Translations under genes and position numbers: made by a program
Part shown: positions 1-11,202 of the stretch, piece by piece
How the letters are laid out: each line of letters begins with the position of its first letter
Numbering within the stretch: the stretch's first letter is position 1
Assembly (NCBI GenBank): GCA_030390025.1
Contig: CM059425.1
Coordinates: 168,580,001 to 168,644,000 of the forward strand
Length of the DNA: 64,000 bases
Direction: 5' to 3'
Source of the DNA: Squalus acanthias
Taxonomy: Eukaryota
Notes under the pieces: model-generated
Databases searched by the model: none
Told to the model about the DNA's origin: nothing
Seen by the model: the letters and a program-made list of their open reading frames with translations, nothing else

Positions 1-208
1 GTCCCTGATAAACGCGCACACATCGCTGTCCCTGATAAACGCGCACACATCGCTGTCCCTGATAAACGCGCACACATCGCTGTCCCTGATAAACGCGCAC
101 ACATCGCTGTCCCTGATAAACGCGCACACATCGCTGTCCCTGATAAACGCGCACACATCGCTGTCCCTGATAAACGCGCACACATCGCTGTCCCTGATAA
201 ACGCGCAC
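1..208. repeat. 27-bp perfect minisatellite (GTCCCTGATAAACGCGCACACATCGCT) x ~7.7, probably truncated by the window start
   Basis: Identical units start at 1, 28, 55, 82, 109, 136, 163 and 190; no spacers. Confidence 0.97.
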
Positions 209-459
209 GAATGAGTTTGGAAACCACTGATAACCTTTTGGTGCTGTAACCTAAAATAGAAGCAAAATCTAAACCAACAGTTATTGGAATAATCAAACAG
301 ATTCAGTGTTTGACTGATCATGCAACGCTTACAGTACATTGCACAAGCGAGGCTAACTCACAAGCAGCAATCAGTACCTACACAGAATTTACGTCTAATG
401 TGTAAGTTATTCCTTGGTAATCAGTGATATTACAAAATGAGCATAATGAGCTAGGAAGT

Positions 460-1128
460 GATACCCCATGAATTGCCACAAGTTGCTGGATGATTTGCTC
501 CGCTCCGCCATTAGCATCTCATTTAACAGCATCTCGCCCTTCATTTCCCCGTGAGTTTCATGATGTTGCTGCATTTGCACATTAATTGCTCATTAAACTT
601 GCCACAGAAAGTTACGCCTAGTAATTAATAGCGCATGTACCCTTTTAACAATGTGATAATTGTTACTGACTGCCAAGCAACCTCTTTGGCCCAGAAAATT
701 AACAGTTAAAAGTGTGGAGTCGCATTCCTGCATGTAGTGAATTGTTGTTGGAGATTTTAAAAATATTTCATTTTAAAGTTAATTTTTTTTCTTTTTTGTC
801 TTTTTTTCTCAATCCAATCTTTCTTTCCCCCTCTCTCTTTCTCTTTCTGTACCTGATTTGACATTGAATTCACCCACTCTAATTCACCCTCCTTCTCAGT
901 CCTTCCTCTATTTATTTCTCAATCCTTTAATCTCATTGGTTAAGGAGATACACTGTTTGTCCCGTTGTTCAACAAGGTCTCAGATTACCTGTCGCCCTCG
1001 CAACACCATTATCAGCTCACACTTCCAGCAACTTTGTGGGCTAAAGATTTTTGAGTTGAAGGGTGCAGGAACAGGTTTAACTAACACGGTATGCCGCGTG
1101 ATGCCCCGTTCCAGCAAATTCTGGGCCA
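460..1128. mobile_element. Non-coding interspersed repeat (probable non-autonomous DNA transposon), copy 1
   Basis: Reverse-complement similarity to ~29600-30200, e.g. ttggttaaggagatac vs gtatctccttaaccaa, attatcagctcacacttccagcaactt vs aagttgccgaaagtgcgagctgataat, and acctgatttgacattgaattcacc vs ggtgaattcaatgccaaatcaggt. Confidence 0.65.
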
Positions 1129-1149
1129 TCGTTTCCAGTAATTTAGGCG

Positions 1150-1440
1150 TGTAGAATGAGGGGGGATAGATATAAGATTAAATTTCAAAGATTTAGGACA
1201 GAGAGCAGGAGATTTTTTTTTACATAGTGGGTTGTGAGGTTGTGGAATGCACTATTGCAGTTAGTGATTGAAGAAAAGATATTAGCATTTAACAATAAGT
1301 TGGATAGATGGTTGAAGGAAAAGAGGACAAAGGGAAGAGGAGCAGGCATGTGGGAATAGGGCTTCTGCTCGTGTGGAGGGTAAATAGCAAGCCGGATGGT
1401 TGGATTGAATGGCCCATTTCCGTGTTGTAATTCTACGTAA
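1150..1440 (+). mobile_element. Old, degraded CR1 LINE 3' end
   Basis: Decayed 'FFT.WVVRLWNAL' segment followed by a CR1-like 3' UTR (gaatggcccatttccgtgttgtaattctacg). Confidence 0.6.
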
Positions 1441-1694
1441 TTCCTTCACTATTTATTGACCCTGCTGGAAAGTGTAAATGTGCATCAAAACAGCATCAAT
1501 GTCAGCTGTGATGTCCTTCATATTTGAATGTCCCTGCCAACACTTGCTGTTTAGGCTCACGCATGAGGAATGGTCACCTGAATGAGTTACTGGAGGGGTT
1601 TGGGCATCATAAGCCAGCAGCACAAAAAAGGAGTGGACATTTTTTCCGGGTTTTTTTCAACTGTCCCTAAATGAGGAATTTTATGTTTAAATTT

Positions 1695-4290
1695 TATATA
1701 GGATTACATAGGATATACATCACAGAAACAGGCCATTTGGCCTTACCAGTCCATGCCGGCGTTTATGCTCCACACGAGCCTCCTCCCGTCTTTCTTCATC
1801 TAAATCTATCAGCATAACCCTCTATTCCCTTCTCCCTCGTATGCTTGTCGAGCGTCCCCTTAAATGCATCTATCTATTCGCTTCAACCACTCCCTGTGGT
1901 AGCGAGTTCCACATTCTCACCACTCTTTGGGTAAAGAAGTTTCTTCTGAATTCCCTTTTGGATTTTTTGGTGACTATCTTATATTGATGGCCTCCAGTTA
2001 TGCTCTTCCCCACAAGTGGAAACATTCTCTCTGTATCCACTCTATCAAAACCTTTCATAATTTTATAGACCTCTATTAGGTCACCCCTCAGCCTTTTTTC
2101 AAGAGAAAAGAGACCCAGCCTGTTCATCCTTTCGTGATATGTATACCCTCGCATTTCTGGCATCATCCTTGTAAATCTTTTCTGCACCCTCTCCAGTGCC
2201 TCTGTATCCTTTTTATAATATGACGACCAGAACTGCACGCAGCACTCCAAGTGTGATCTAACCAAGGTTCAATACAGGTTTAGCATAACTTCCCTACTTT
2301 TCAATTCTATCCTTCTAGAATTAAACCCTAGTGCTTGGTTTGCTATTTTTATGGCCTTGCCAACCTATGTTGCAACTTTGTGATTTGTGTATTTGTACTC
2401 CTAGATCCCTTTGATCCTCTACCCCACCTAGACTCGCACCCTCCAAGTGATAAGTGACCTCCCTATTCTTCCTGCCAAAATGTAATGCCTCAATTTATCT
2501 GTGTTGAACTTAATTTGCCAATTATATGCCCATTCTGCAAGTTTATTAATGTCCTCTTGTAACTTTTTGCAGTCCTCCTCAGTATTGACTATCTCTCCAC
2601 CCCCCCCCCCCCGAATTTGGTGTCATCCGCAAATTTAGAAATTGTGTTTTTGATTCCTAAGTCTAATTGTGAACAACCGTGGTCCCAGCACTGATCCTTG
2701 TGGAACACCACTACCCACCTTCTGCCACTGTGAATAGCTACCCTTTACTCCTACTCTCTGCTTTCTGTCTTGAAGCCAGCCAGCAATCCATTCTGCTACT
2801 TGTCCCCGGACTCCGCATTCCCTGACCTTGTTCATCAGTCCATTATGGGGTACCTTATCGAAGGCCTTTTGAAAATCCAGATAAATTACAACTACTGCAT
2901 TACCATTATCTACTCTCTCTGTTACCTCTTCAAAAAATTCAATGAGGTTGGTCAAGCAAGACTTTCCCTTTTGAAATCCATGCTGACTATTCATTATTAT
3001 ATTTTTGGTTTCTAGATGATGTTCTATTTTCTCCTTTAGTAGGGAATCCATTATTTTTCCTACCACCGATGTTAAGCTGACTGCTCTATAATTACCTGGA
3101 CATGTTCTATTCCCCTTCTTAAATGTCGGTATTATGTTAGCAATCCACCAGTCCTCTGGCACTATACCTTTGTAAGATCTTCTTGAACTCTGAGTTCTTG
3201 AACAAGACACAAATAGGCAGCAGCCAGTATGTTTGAGCAATAGATCAAAATTTATTAAGCTTACAGCGTAATTAATACTTAACAACAGGTGATAGTTCAA
3301 CGAGTAACTCGCAGCCCTTGGTCTCTGGAACCTCTCGGACACAGGTGACGTTGTCTTCAGTCTGTTCCTTTGTTCTCGCAGTAGGTCTGTGTGAATGTTC
3401 TTTGAGTATCGAGGTTTTAACCCTTTTCTTATCAAAAGTTCGTTTGGCCGGTGTCCATATATGGTCTTCAACAAAATTACTTTTTTTATTGTGTCTAATG
3501 GTCAAAATACCATTGTCACTCAAATCAAGGACAGCATCCTGACTCCTCCTGGCTCAGTAATTTTCCAACAACTCTACCCTGTTTCATCGTTATGTTGTTT
3601 ATACGTTCTTCACCTCATTGGAATTCACCTTCTCTCTTATTTCTAGCTTCAAGCAGTACAAGCCTTTCTATACCTAGGGCCCAGCCCATGTCAGCACTGT
3701 TTCAGTAGTCTTGACGGTGTCTAGACGATCTCACTTTAATCTACCAGATGGATACCTTAACTCCTATGATCTCTCTCATTTTATGTCCCTTATACTAATT
3801 ATCTTTTAAATATCTTTGCAATTAGTTTTGTTAAGCGAACTCTAATTCCTACTTAGCATTAAGTAGGAATTAGAGTTCACTTAACAAAACTAATATGTTA
3901 TTTAACAATTTGACCTTCACTCTCAGCCTGTGGCTGTGTTATCCGAGCTTAGTCAAAACTGCTTTTGACTGTCCTCACGGCTACATTCGAACAATCTTTA
4001 ACATTTCCATACCCACAGGGAATCATGGGTAAGATTAGTTGGTCAATGGCTACACTTGAATTTATACATATATGATTCCCATCTACTAAAAATCTCTAAA
4101 TACCAGTCTTTCGTACACCTTTTTCTAACGAATTATTAAATATGCGTAGTAATGCCTCTGCTGGCTCTTCCCTAGATTCTTTTAAAATGCGTGGATGCAA
4201 TCCATCCGAACCAGGGCTTTTATCCTCTGAGTTTGATTAGTTTATATCCCCTTTTTTTATTTTAAATGCACTTATCTCATTTTTGTTTGG
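1695..4290 (-). mobile_element. CR1 LINE, 5'-truncated ORF2 (reverse transcriptase) plus 3' UTR, interrupted by a solo LTR
   Basis: ORFs 1870-2265 and 2635-3474 carry [45 protein letters not shown] and RLRGDLIEVYK motifs. Same subfamily as 54915-57440 (shared cataggattacataggatata tail). Confidence 0.95.
3171..4117 (-). mobile_element. Solo LTR (ERV- or Gypsy-type), 947 bp
   Basis: TGTA...TACA termini and 4-bp TSD CCTT (3167-3170, 4118-4121). The paralogous CR1 near 56680 is uninterrupted (ggcactacacctttttctaacg). AATAAA on the minus strand at 3251-3256 suggests orientation. Confidence 0.85.
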
Positions 4291-4884
4291 CAAATTTTAT
4301 CCAAGTTTGTTAGAGGAATTAGCAATTCAATACATAAGTGTATATTATCAAAGGGAGTTGTTACTGGTTAAAGATTATGACCGCGAGACTCGGGGTTTAG
4401 CGCCGGCCATTAAGGTCGGTTTTGATGGAAAAAATGACGGCTGACTTGCTTCTGTCTGCTTCTGGTGGGTCCTGCGGCGGTCGCCATTTTGGGGAGGTCG
4501 GGAGTGCTGCCGTTGCCAGTGCTCGCTCCTCATATTTAGATGAGGCAGATCGTGATGTCAATGAGTGTTCAATTCTGATTTGACGCACGATCAGCCATTT
4601 TGGACGTCACCTCACCTTTTAACACCCTTTCCTAATCACGACCAGCTGACCAAGCAAGCGTTCTGTAACAGGAAGTATCCCCCAGCAGCGCTATTTAAAG
4701 GGGTCATCAACAACTTGCAGCTGACTTGCTTTTTCAGTTGTACAGGCTCTGTCTAATTTTCTGCAACTGTTTGAAGCTTTCTAGAGTTGTTTAAAGTTGC
4801 TAAGGTGAAAGGGAGTGTTGCTGCAAGTGGAGAATGCCTTGCTTCTCATTTAAAGGGTTCTGCTCACACCACTTGCTCACAGTC

Positions 4885-5946
4885 ATGGGGGCTCTACTTG
4901 CAGTCTCCGTCGCGTACGACAGAGATGGAGCGGAGGCAGCGAAGAAGAGGACAAGATGCTCGCAGAAGGAGGAGGAGGAGGGCTTTCAGCAAGAGGCCTT
5001 ATCCATCTACGGTCTTCAGGGAGCACTTATCCTACCTGCAATTAAGCCAGGAGCAGTTTATTAGGAGAACTCTGCCACCTCTTGGAACCAGACCTGCAGC
5101 CTCAGAGCAGGACAACAACGGCTCTCCCAGTGGCCTTCAAGGTCACCGTGGCCCTCAATTTTTTCGCCACCAGATCCTTCCAGTCTGCAGCAGGCGACAT
5201 CTCCCAGTTTGCCGTCCATTGCTGCATCCGGGAGGTCACAGAGGCTCTGTACTCCAGGAGAAGGGACTTCATTGTTATCTCTTTGAACAGAGAGAAGCAG
5301 GACGAGCGGGCATGTGGCTTTGCCAGAATAGCGGGCTTCCCCGTGGTGCAGAACGCCATCGACTGCACACAAGTGGCTTTGTGGGCACCGTATACCAATC
5401 CTGAGATGTTCCGTAACCGCAAAGGCTGCCACTCAATTAATGTGCAGTTGTTGTATGACCACGCCCAGTGCATCATGATGGTGAATGCCCGCTATCCTGG
5501 CAGCAGTCATGATGCCTTCATCCTGCGCCGGTCCGATGTGCCAGCAATCATCCAGCCACCACGTCAAACCCGAGGGTGGCAGCTGGGAGACCAGGGCTAT
5601 CCGCTCTGCACCTGGCTGATGGCTCACCTCCGCAATGCCAACACTTGTGGCCAGCACTTGTAACGACAACCTTGCTGCCACGAGGAATGTCATCGCACAG
5701 ACCATTGGGGTGCTCAAGCAACGTTTCCGCTGCGTTGACTGCTCGGAAGGAGTACTCGCTGGAGTGGGTGTCCCATTTCATGGTGGTCTGCTGCATGCTC
5801 CACAACTTGGCCATCATGAATGTGCAACCCTTGCCGTCACCGATTCTGGGACCACCTCAGAAGCAGGAGGAGGAGGCACGCAGTACATCCCCATTCCAGA
5901 CGGGCTGTCCGTGAGCGCCTCATCAGTTTACGGTTCCAGTGACTGA
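4885..5946 (+). pseudogene. Harbinger DDE transposase (HARBI1-like, DDE_Tnp_4), frameshifted
   Basis: Motifs spread over three frames: RPYPSTVFRE..SYLQLSQEQ, KVTVALNFFAT, AIDCTQV, NRKGCHSINVQ, YPGSSHDAFIL, LGDQGYP, TRNVIAQTIGVLKQRFRC, VCCMLHNL. The usual catalytic Glu (VIE) reads VIA. Confidence 0.93.
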
Positions 5947-6162
5947 AACCCCAGATCCCTGTTGCTTACCACTTCCCCATCATACCATCCCTCTGTCACG
6001 GAACATCACGGCGTACTCCTCGGCAGAAAGCTGAAATGAGAGCCACCAGAAAACACACATTACAAACATAATTCATAAATTTATCAAATTCAAATCAAAA
6101 GAACAAAGTCAACTAATCACCCTTCTGCATTCCCTTAGTGTCTTTCTTTTGTGTGCCTTTTC

Positions 6163-7193
6163 CTACTCTGGTGCTCCTACGAAGTGCTCCCCCAGTGGCT
6201 GCAGTATGGCTGGTGGAAGGCTGCTGACTTTCAGTGGGGGGGAGACTACAGATGGCCTTGCAGGATGAACTCTAGCAGCTCTGGGCCTAGAAGGCCCAGC
6301 TGTAGACTGCACCACCTCGGCATGGGCAGCAGTAGTCTGGGCTGGCTGGCTGACGGGCAAGAGCACTGGCGGAGTGGCAGTGGTGTGAGTAGCAATGCTG
6401 TCATCCTGAGAGAGGACAGCAGGTTCTTGCTCCACGGAGCCGCTGCCAGTCTCCTGGGGCGGCGCTTCAGCATTCCGAGCAATCTGTTGGAGCACAGATT
6501 GCTGGACTGCTGCGACACCCTGCAAGCCCCTTTCGACACTCGTAAACCCAGCAATGATGGCAGCAGTCTGAACTTGCGTGGCAGCAAGTTGAGACTGCAG
6601 GATAGCAGTCTGTGCTTCCACTGCAGCACTCAGACGTTGGGTTGCTTCCACCTGTGCTGCAATGGAAGTTGCGAGATCGCACATCACACACAGCATCATC
6701 TTTGGGTCCGCAAGGTCTCTCATGGAGTTGTCCATCATTTCCATCCTGGAAATCATGGTCTCCAAGCTCGGCGCAAAGCCCTGTGCAATGTTGGAGCCAA
6801 ACTCCTCCATGCTCCTTGACACTAATGAGACGCTCTCTGGCAGGCTAGCCATTGCACCACGCATTTCCGTGTGCATGCCCATCACCCTTCTTCTGAAGGC
6901 CGCCTCATCGAGGTCATCATCTGAGTTCTGTGAAGCAGAACTCGTGTGCGAACTAGCTCTCTGGGGAGCTGACACCCGAGCTACCCTTTTCCCCTGGCCT
7001 GGCTGCAGCCCACTTGTGCCCAGTGACTCACCATGTGCAGATCCGGCCTGTATACTACCCTCTAAAGTACGCGCAGTGCCATTTTCTGAGCTGGTGTCTG
7101 CGAGTGTCAGCTGCAGCACCGATGTGTCTTTTCCTCCATCAGTCTCTTCCTCAACTTCAGGGACAGGAGGGCCAGATTGTGATTCTTGCGTAT
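6163..7193 (-). pseudogene. Last exon of the Harbinger partner (accessory) gene; low-complexity and predicted helical; upstream Myb/SANT exon not seen
   Basis: Long ORF (6163-7353) convergent with the transposase, with a strong acceptor ccttgtgcctttctgctttcag ending at 7194 on the minus strand. Confidence 0.65.
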
Positions 7194-7519
7194 CTGAAAG
7201 CAGAAAGGCACAAGGGTTGGGTTGTGGTGAGGGGAGCGGGGGGAGGAGGCAAGATATCAATGCATTCACCATCAGCAGCTTGTAAGTGAGAAGAGATTGT
7301 GGGATGAAGTGGGATGTGAGGAGGAGGATTAGGTATGAGCATGCCTGCACCACTTAGAACAGGCGCAGGCGAATAGCGTTTTCGGGCCTTATCCAATTTC
7401 TAGGCCTATATGTATTTAGGTGATGATGTGGAGATGCCGGCGTTGGACTGGGGTGGACAAAAATCAGAAGTCGCACAACACCAGGTTATAGTCCCAACAG
7501 ATTTATTTAATTTTACACC

Positions 7520-8067
7520 TTGCTAAGGCCATCCCCACGCCTCCACTACTCGCCTTCAAGCAGCCGCCTAACCTCAAAAGTACCATCGTTCGCAGCAGAT
7601 TACCCATCTTTCAGGAGAACAGCAACCACGACACCACACAACCCTGCCACGGCAACCTCTGCAAGACATGCCAAATCATGGACACAGATACCATCATCAC
7701 ATGTGAGGACACTACCCACCAGGTACATGGTACATACTCATGTGACTCGGCCAACGTTGTCTACCTGATACGTTGCAGTAAAGGATGCTCCAGCGCATGG
7801 TACATCGGCGAGACCATGCAGACACTGAGACAACGTATGAACGGACACCGCGCAACAATCGCCAGGCAGGAGGGTTGCCTCCCAGTCGGGGAACACTTCA
7901 GCAGTCAGGGGCATTCAGCCTCGTATCTGCGGGTAAGCGTTCTCCAAGGCGGCCTTCGGGATACACGACAGCGCAAAATCATAGAGCAGAAACTGATAGC
8001 CAAGTTCCGCACTCATGAGGATGGCCTCAATCGTGATATCGGGTTCATGTCACGATACAGAACGTGA
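7520..8067 (+). pseudogene. Penelope C-terminal GIY-YIG endonuclease domain (fragment)
   Basis: YSCDSANVVYLIRCSKGCSSAWYIGETMQTLRQRMNGH...VGEHFS...RKIIEQKLIAKFRTHEDGLNRD, preceded by a PCHGNLCKTC-type Cys linker; no RT domain. Confidence 0.92.
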
Positions 8068-8287
8068 CTTGACATCATGGCCGGTCTTTCCAGGTTTTGT
8101 TTTAAAAAGACTAACACAACAAATGGAGAGGATATGCAGCCAGCAGGTGTTTTGACACGTTGGACCCCCTGGGACACATCTCATTGTCTTGGCTGTGCTC
8201 TTAGTGTGTCTTTGATGTAGGGAAAGATTTGAATAGATTTTTTCTGTGTTTATATTGTGAATTCTGGGAGATTCTCTCACAGCTACC

Positions 8288-8326
8288 TTACCTGAAGAAG
8301 GAGCGAACAGCTCCGAAAGCTTGTAA
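8288..8326 (+). ncRNA. Minimal type I hammerhead ribozyme in the Penelope pseudo-LTR
   Basis: Stem I TTAC/GTAA, core CTGAAGA (8292-8298), stem II GGAGC/GCTCC, GAAA (8315-8318), palindromic AAGCTT in place of stem III. Confidence 0.85.
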
Positions 8327-8489
8327 AATTAAATAAATCTGTTGGAGTATAACCTGGTGTTGTGCGACTTCTGATTTTTGTATTTAGGTGGTTTAATCAA
8401 TTTGCAGGCTATCTATGATTGAATTCTTTCCCTACTGAATTTCTTGTATTTCCCTTTTGTGCTATATAGAAATTTTGCACCGTCAACAA

Positions 8490-8890
8490 TTCTGGTTACC
8501 ATGCAACAAAAAGGATGTGCAGGCGTAGGAGAGGGTGCAGAGACGAGCAACAAGAATGTTCCTAAGTGTAAAGATGATGAGCTGTAAGGAAAGATTATAG
8601 AAGGTCAAGATGTACAGTTTAGCCAGAAGATGATTGAGGGATCTTAGTGAGGTATTTAAAATACTAAATCGTATCAACAAGGCAAAACTTTATTTCCAAC
8701 TAAGTCAGGCTTGTAGGACCAGAGGATGTAAATTTTAATTGAGTGAAAAATTAATTTTAAACATTTATTAGGAGAATTTTGTTCACCCACAGGGCGATAA
8801 AAATTGGGATTTAATTCCCAGGCAGGATAGCAGAAGCAAAGTCAACAGATGGGTTAACTCTGCTATTCTCATGGCTGAGTGTTCTTTATG
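8490..8890 (+). mobile_element. Highly degraded CR1 3' fragment
   Basis: Decayed 'RVQRRATRMF' and 'RR.LRDLSEVFKI' motifs. Confidence 0.6.
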
Positions 8891-11129
8891 TTCAAAAATC
8901 TATTTTCTATCAGTGAGTGAAGATTGAAGTTAGAACCAAAAGTAGTGCAATGAATTGAGAAACACTGATATATGCTCCATTTATATTGCAGAACTGCTTC
9001 CAGCAAAAGCTCTGCCAGTAATTGTCATTTACCTTTGTCATTAGTGTTGTTTTATCCCTCAACAGTCCCTACTTCACAAATTTTAAGACTTAATTCTTTA
9101 TGTAGTAAATCATCTATAACATCTTTTGGTATTACAGTTTAGTTGAGAAATTACCAGCTTTGGTGTGTAAGGGTGATAACAAGCTGCATGGTGTTTGTTG
9201 CTTGGTTTTGGTAGTTCCTTGGAATGATGCGGTTAATGTGCTCCAGTGGATCACTGGCAGGCTACACAGCATGGGTCACTGAACTATAAATAACTTCCAG
9301 CACAATGCGTGTACATTACTCCAGGTTGACAGCAGTTGTTCCAAGTAACAGTTCTGTAGCCAAGCTTTTTTTTAAACGTTTAAACGTAGTTTCCCTGAAA
9401 TCAACTGTAGATCATTTCTTAATGAAGCTGCAGCAATGACAAAAGACAGTGCCCTTTCCTTAAGATCCAACTGGGTAATGATGCATACTGACAACCACTG
9501 CTGGTACAAAATCCTGCTAAAAATGGAATAATGAGCACTTGCATACAATTTAATTCAGTAATTTTGTAAAATACCAGGTATAAAGTTTGAGGCTCCAATA
9601 TAATTTGTTACAAAACATAAATTGCTCATGCCTTATGTCCTTTTACTGTATATAATACTTTCAGATATAAATTGTTCACTATGTAATGCCCACATTTGAA
9701 CACATTGGACACAAATGAATAGAGTATGTTGCTCCTGATATTACGTCTCTCTGATATCCAGTTGCTGAACAGTCATACTGTACAGGGTATCAATAATGGA
9801 TCTTTTGTATTCGTTTCAGTGTACCAATGTGTTTTATGCCATGTACATACAGTTATACAACTATTATTATACAATTAGTGGAGGAGATTGACTTTAATTG
9901 CAGATGGTGAAGTGCTGCATTGTTTTTCATATGTCTTTAAAACCTCAGTGGAAGGATATTTTTGCATGCAAGAATGTGGTCTTCAGTCCAAAGCAATTGT
10001 ATTGATGTAACAGACCCAAAAACATGTCCTCTGTGACTAGTATGTTAACCAGGGAAAATCAGGTCTATGCCCAAGTTTCTGTCACTGTCTTCTCCCATTG
10101 CTGCCCCCTCCCCTCTGTATCTTTCCTGTTTGGTTCTCTTTCCACAGCTGCCCATCCTGACAGAGCCCCAGGACAGTTTTAAAAATATATTTTGGTGTCT
10201 TCTTCCCACCAGCCCACCCCCTCCCCTTTATTTGTCTAGTCCTTACTCTGCCTGACCTTAAAGATGTTTAATGTTTCTGCAGGCTTGTAAGTTCTATGGT
10301 TGCTTAGTTATAGTCCCTTTTAATAAAAGCTACATACTGGTACAGTTCACAGTGCAGGTTTATGGCACATCTCAGGAGTTTGAGATTGTCCTCTTGTGCT
10401 GCCGGAGGCAGTCCCTGATAGGTGTGGGGTGGCATAATGACTCATGATGATTTATAGTTAGCAAAGCCATGATTCTATATTTTGATAGGTTACTTGTATG
10501 CAGTTTAACTGGAGGCAATCTTAAATACAGCATCTTTCAGAAAACCCTGGCACTGGCAGCAACATAACAAATTTACATGGAGTTGCCTTTTGATTGGCTT
10601 CATTACACAGAGTGCAATAATGAACTGTGATTTATCTTGAAACCATGCGCAGATGTGATTTACTTTACCTTCCATAAATGTCTACTGGGATGTATGTTTG
10701 AATGATTTTGCTTAATCTGTTTGATGTCACCTATGTCACACAAGAAGAGCTTCAAACTCCACACCAGCCCAGCACTCCTACTCCTAAATTTTTGCACTAA
10801 ATAGTAAAGGATGACAGTGACAAAAGTGCATTAACTGTTTACTGTACAGATAGTAGTCTGAAGGTATGGTTTATTTTTTGTATCTTCACACACTTCCCTT
10901 GGAAAAGTAGTGGAAAGATGTGCAGGCTGATTAACAGTCTGACAGGTTGCGACATGAACGCTCCTTCTATGGCCGTAACCATCTTTATACCAGCCGATAC
11001 AATGTCCTATACAGCAGGAGGGTTTTCAGGGACCCCACTACCCTACGATGAGTTGCTGGCCACCCATACCCACCGGGAGTATCCCACTGGGTGTCAACCC
11101 AGAAATCAGAGCTGGAGCTCTAGTCGCCA

Positions 11130-11202
11130 CTCCACTGTCTACAGCAGGATTTGAACCCTGCACCTTCTGACTTGGGTGGGAATATTACCTGTAAGCCAAG
11201 GC
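11130..11202 (-). mobile_element. tRNA-derived SINE head remnant
   Basis: Minus strand reads ...cagaaggtgcagggttcaaatcctgct (B box), like the SINE heads near 48 kb. Confidence 0.45.

Larger units (their letters stand above)
4380..7406. mobile_element. PIF/Harbinger DNA transposon (decayed) with two convergent genes
   Basis: Transposase remnants on + and a partner ORF on -. The right end resembles a TIR (ccaatttctaggcc); no matching left TIR was recognised. Confidence 0.8.
7423..8380 (+). mobile_element. Penelope-like retroelement, 5'-truncated, with inverted pseudo-LTR
   Basis: GIY-YIG ORF; inverted repeats 7457-7517 / 8322-8381; flanking direct repeat TGTATTTAGGTG at 7411-7422 and 8379-8390. 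Confidence 0.92.

Noticed and set aside
1..208. CRISPR-like array
   Set aside because: Units are contiguous and identical with no spacers, no cas genes are present, and the DNA is eukaryotic.
2635..3474. 279-aa ORF as a novel RT fusion protein
   Set aside because: Chance read-through from the solo LTR into a broken CR1 RT; non-ATG start, and it ends before the catalytic ADD motif.
4885..5946. Host HARBI1 gene
   Set aside because: Frameshifted, lacks the catalytic Glu and sits in a two-gene transposon context, so it is a transposon copy rather than the domesticated gene.
7194..7353. N-terminus of the 396-aa minus-strand ORF
   Set aside because: Lies upstream of a strong splice acceptor and looks intronic; non-ATG start.
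10540..10863. Coding exon ending at AAG|GTATGG
   Set aside because: Stops in all frames before the donor; no supporting homology.
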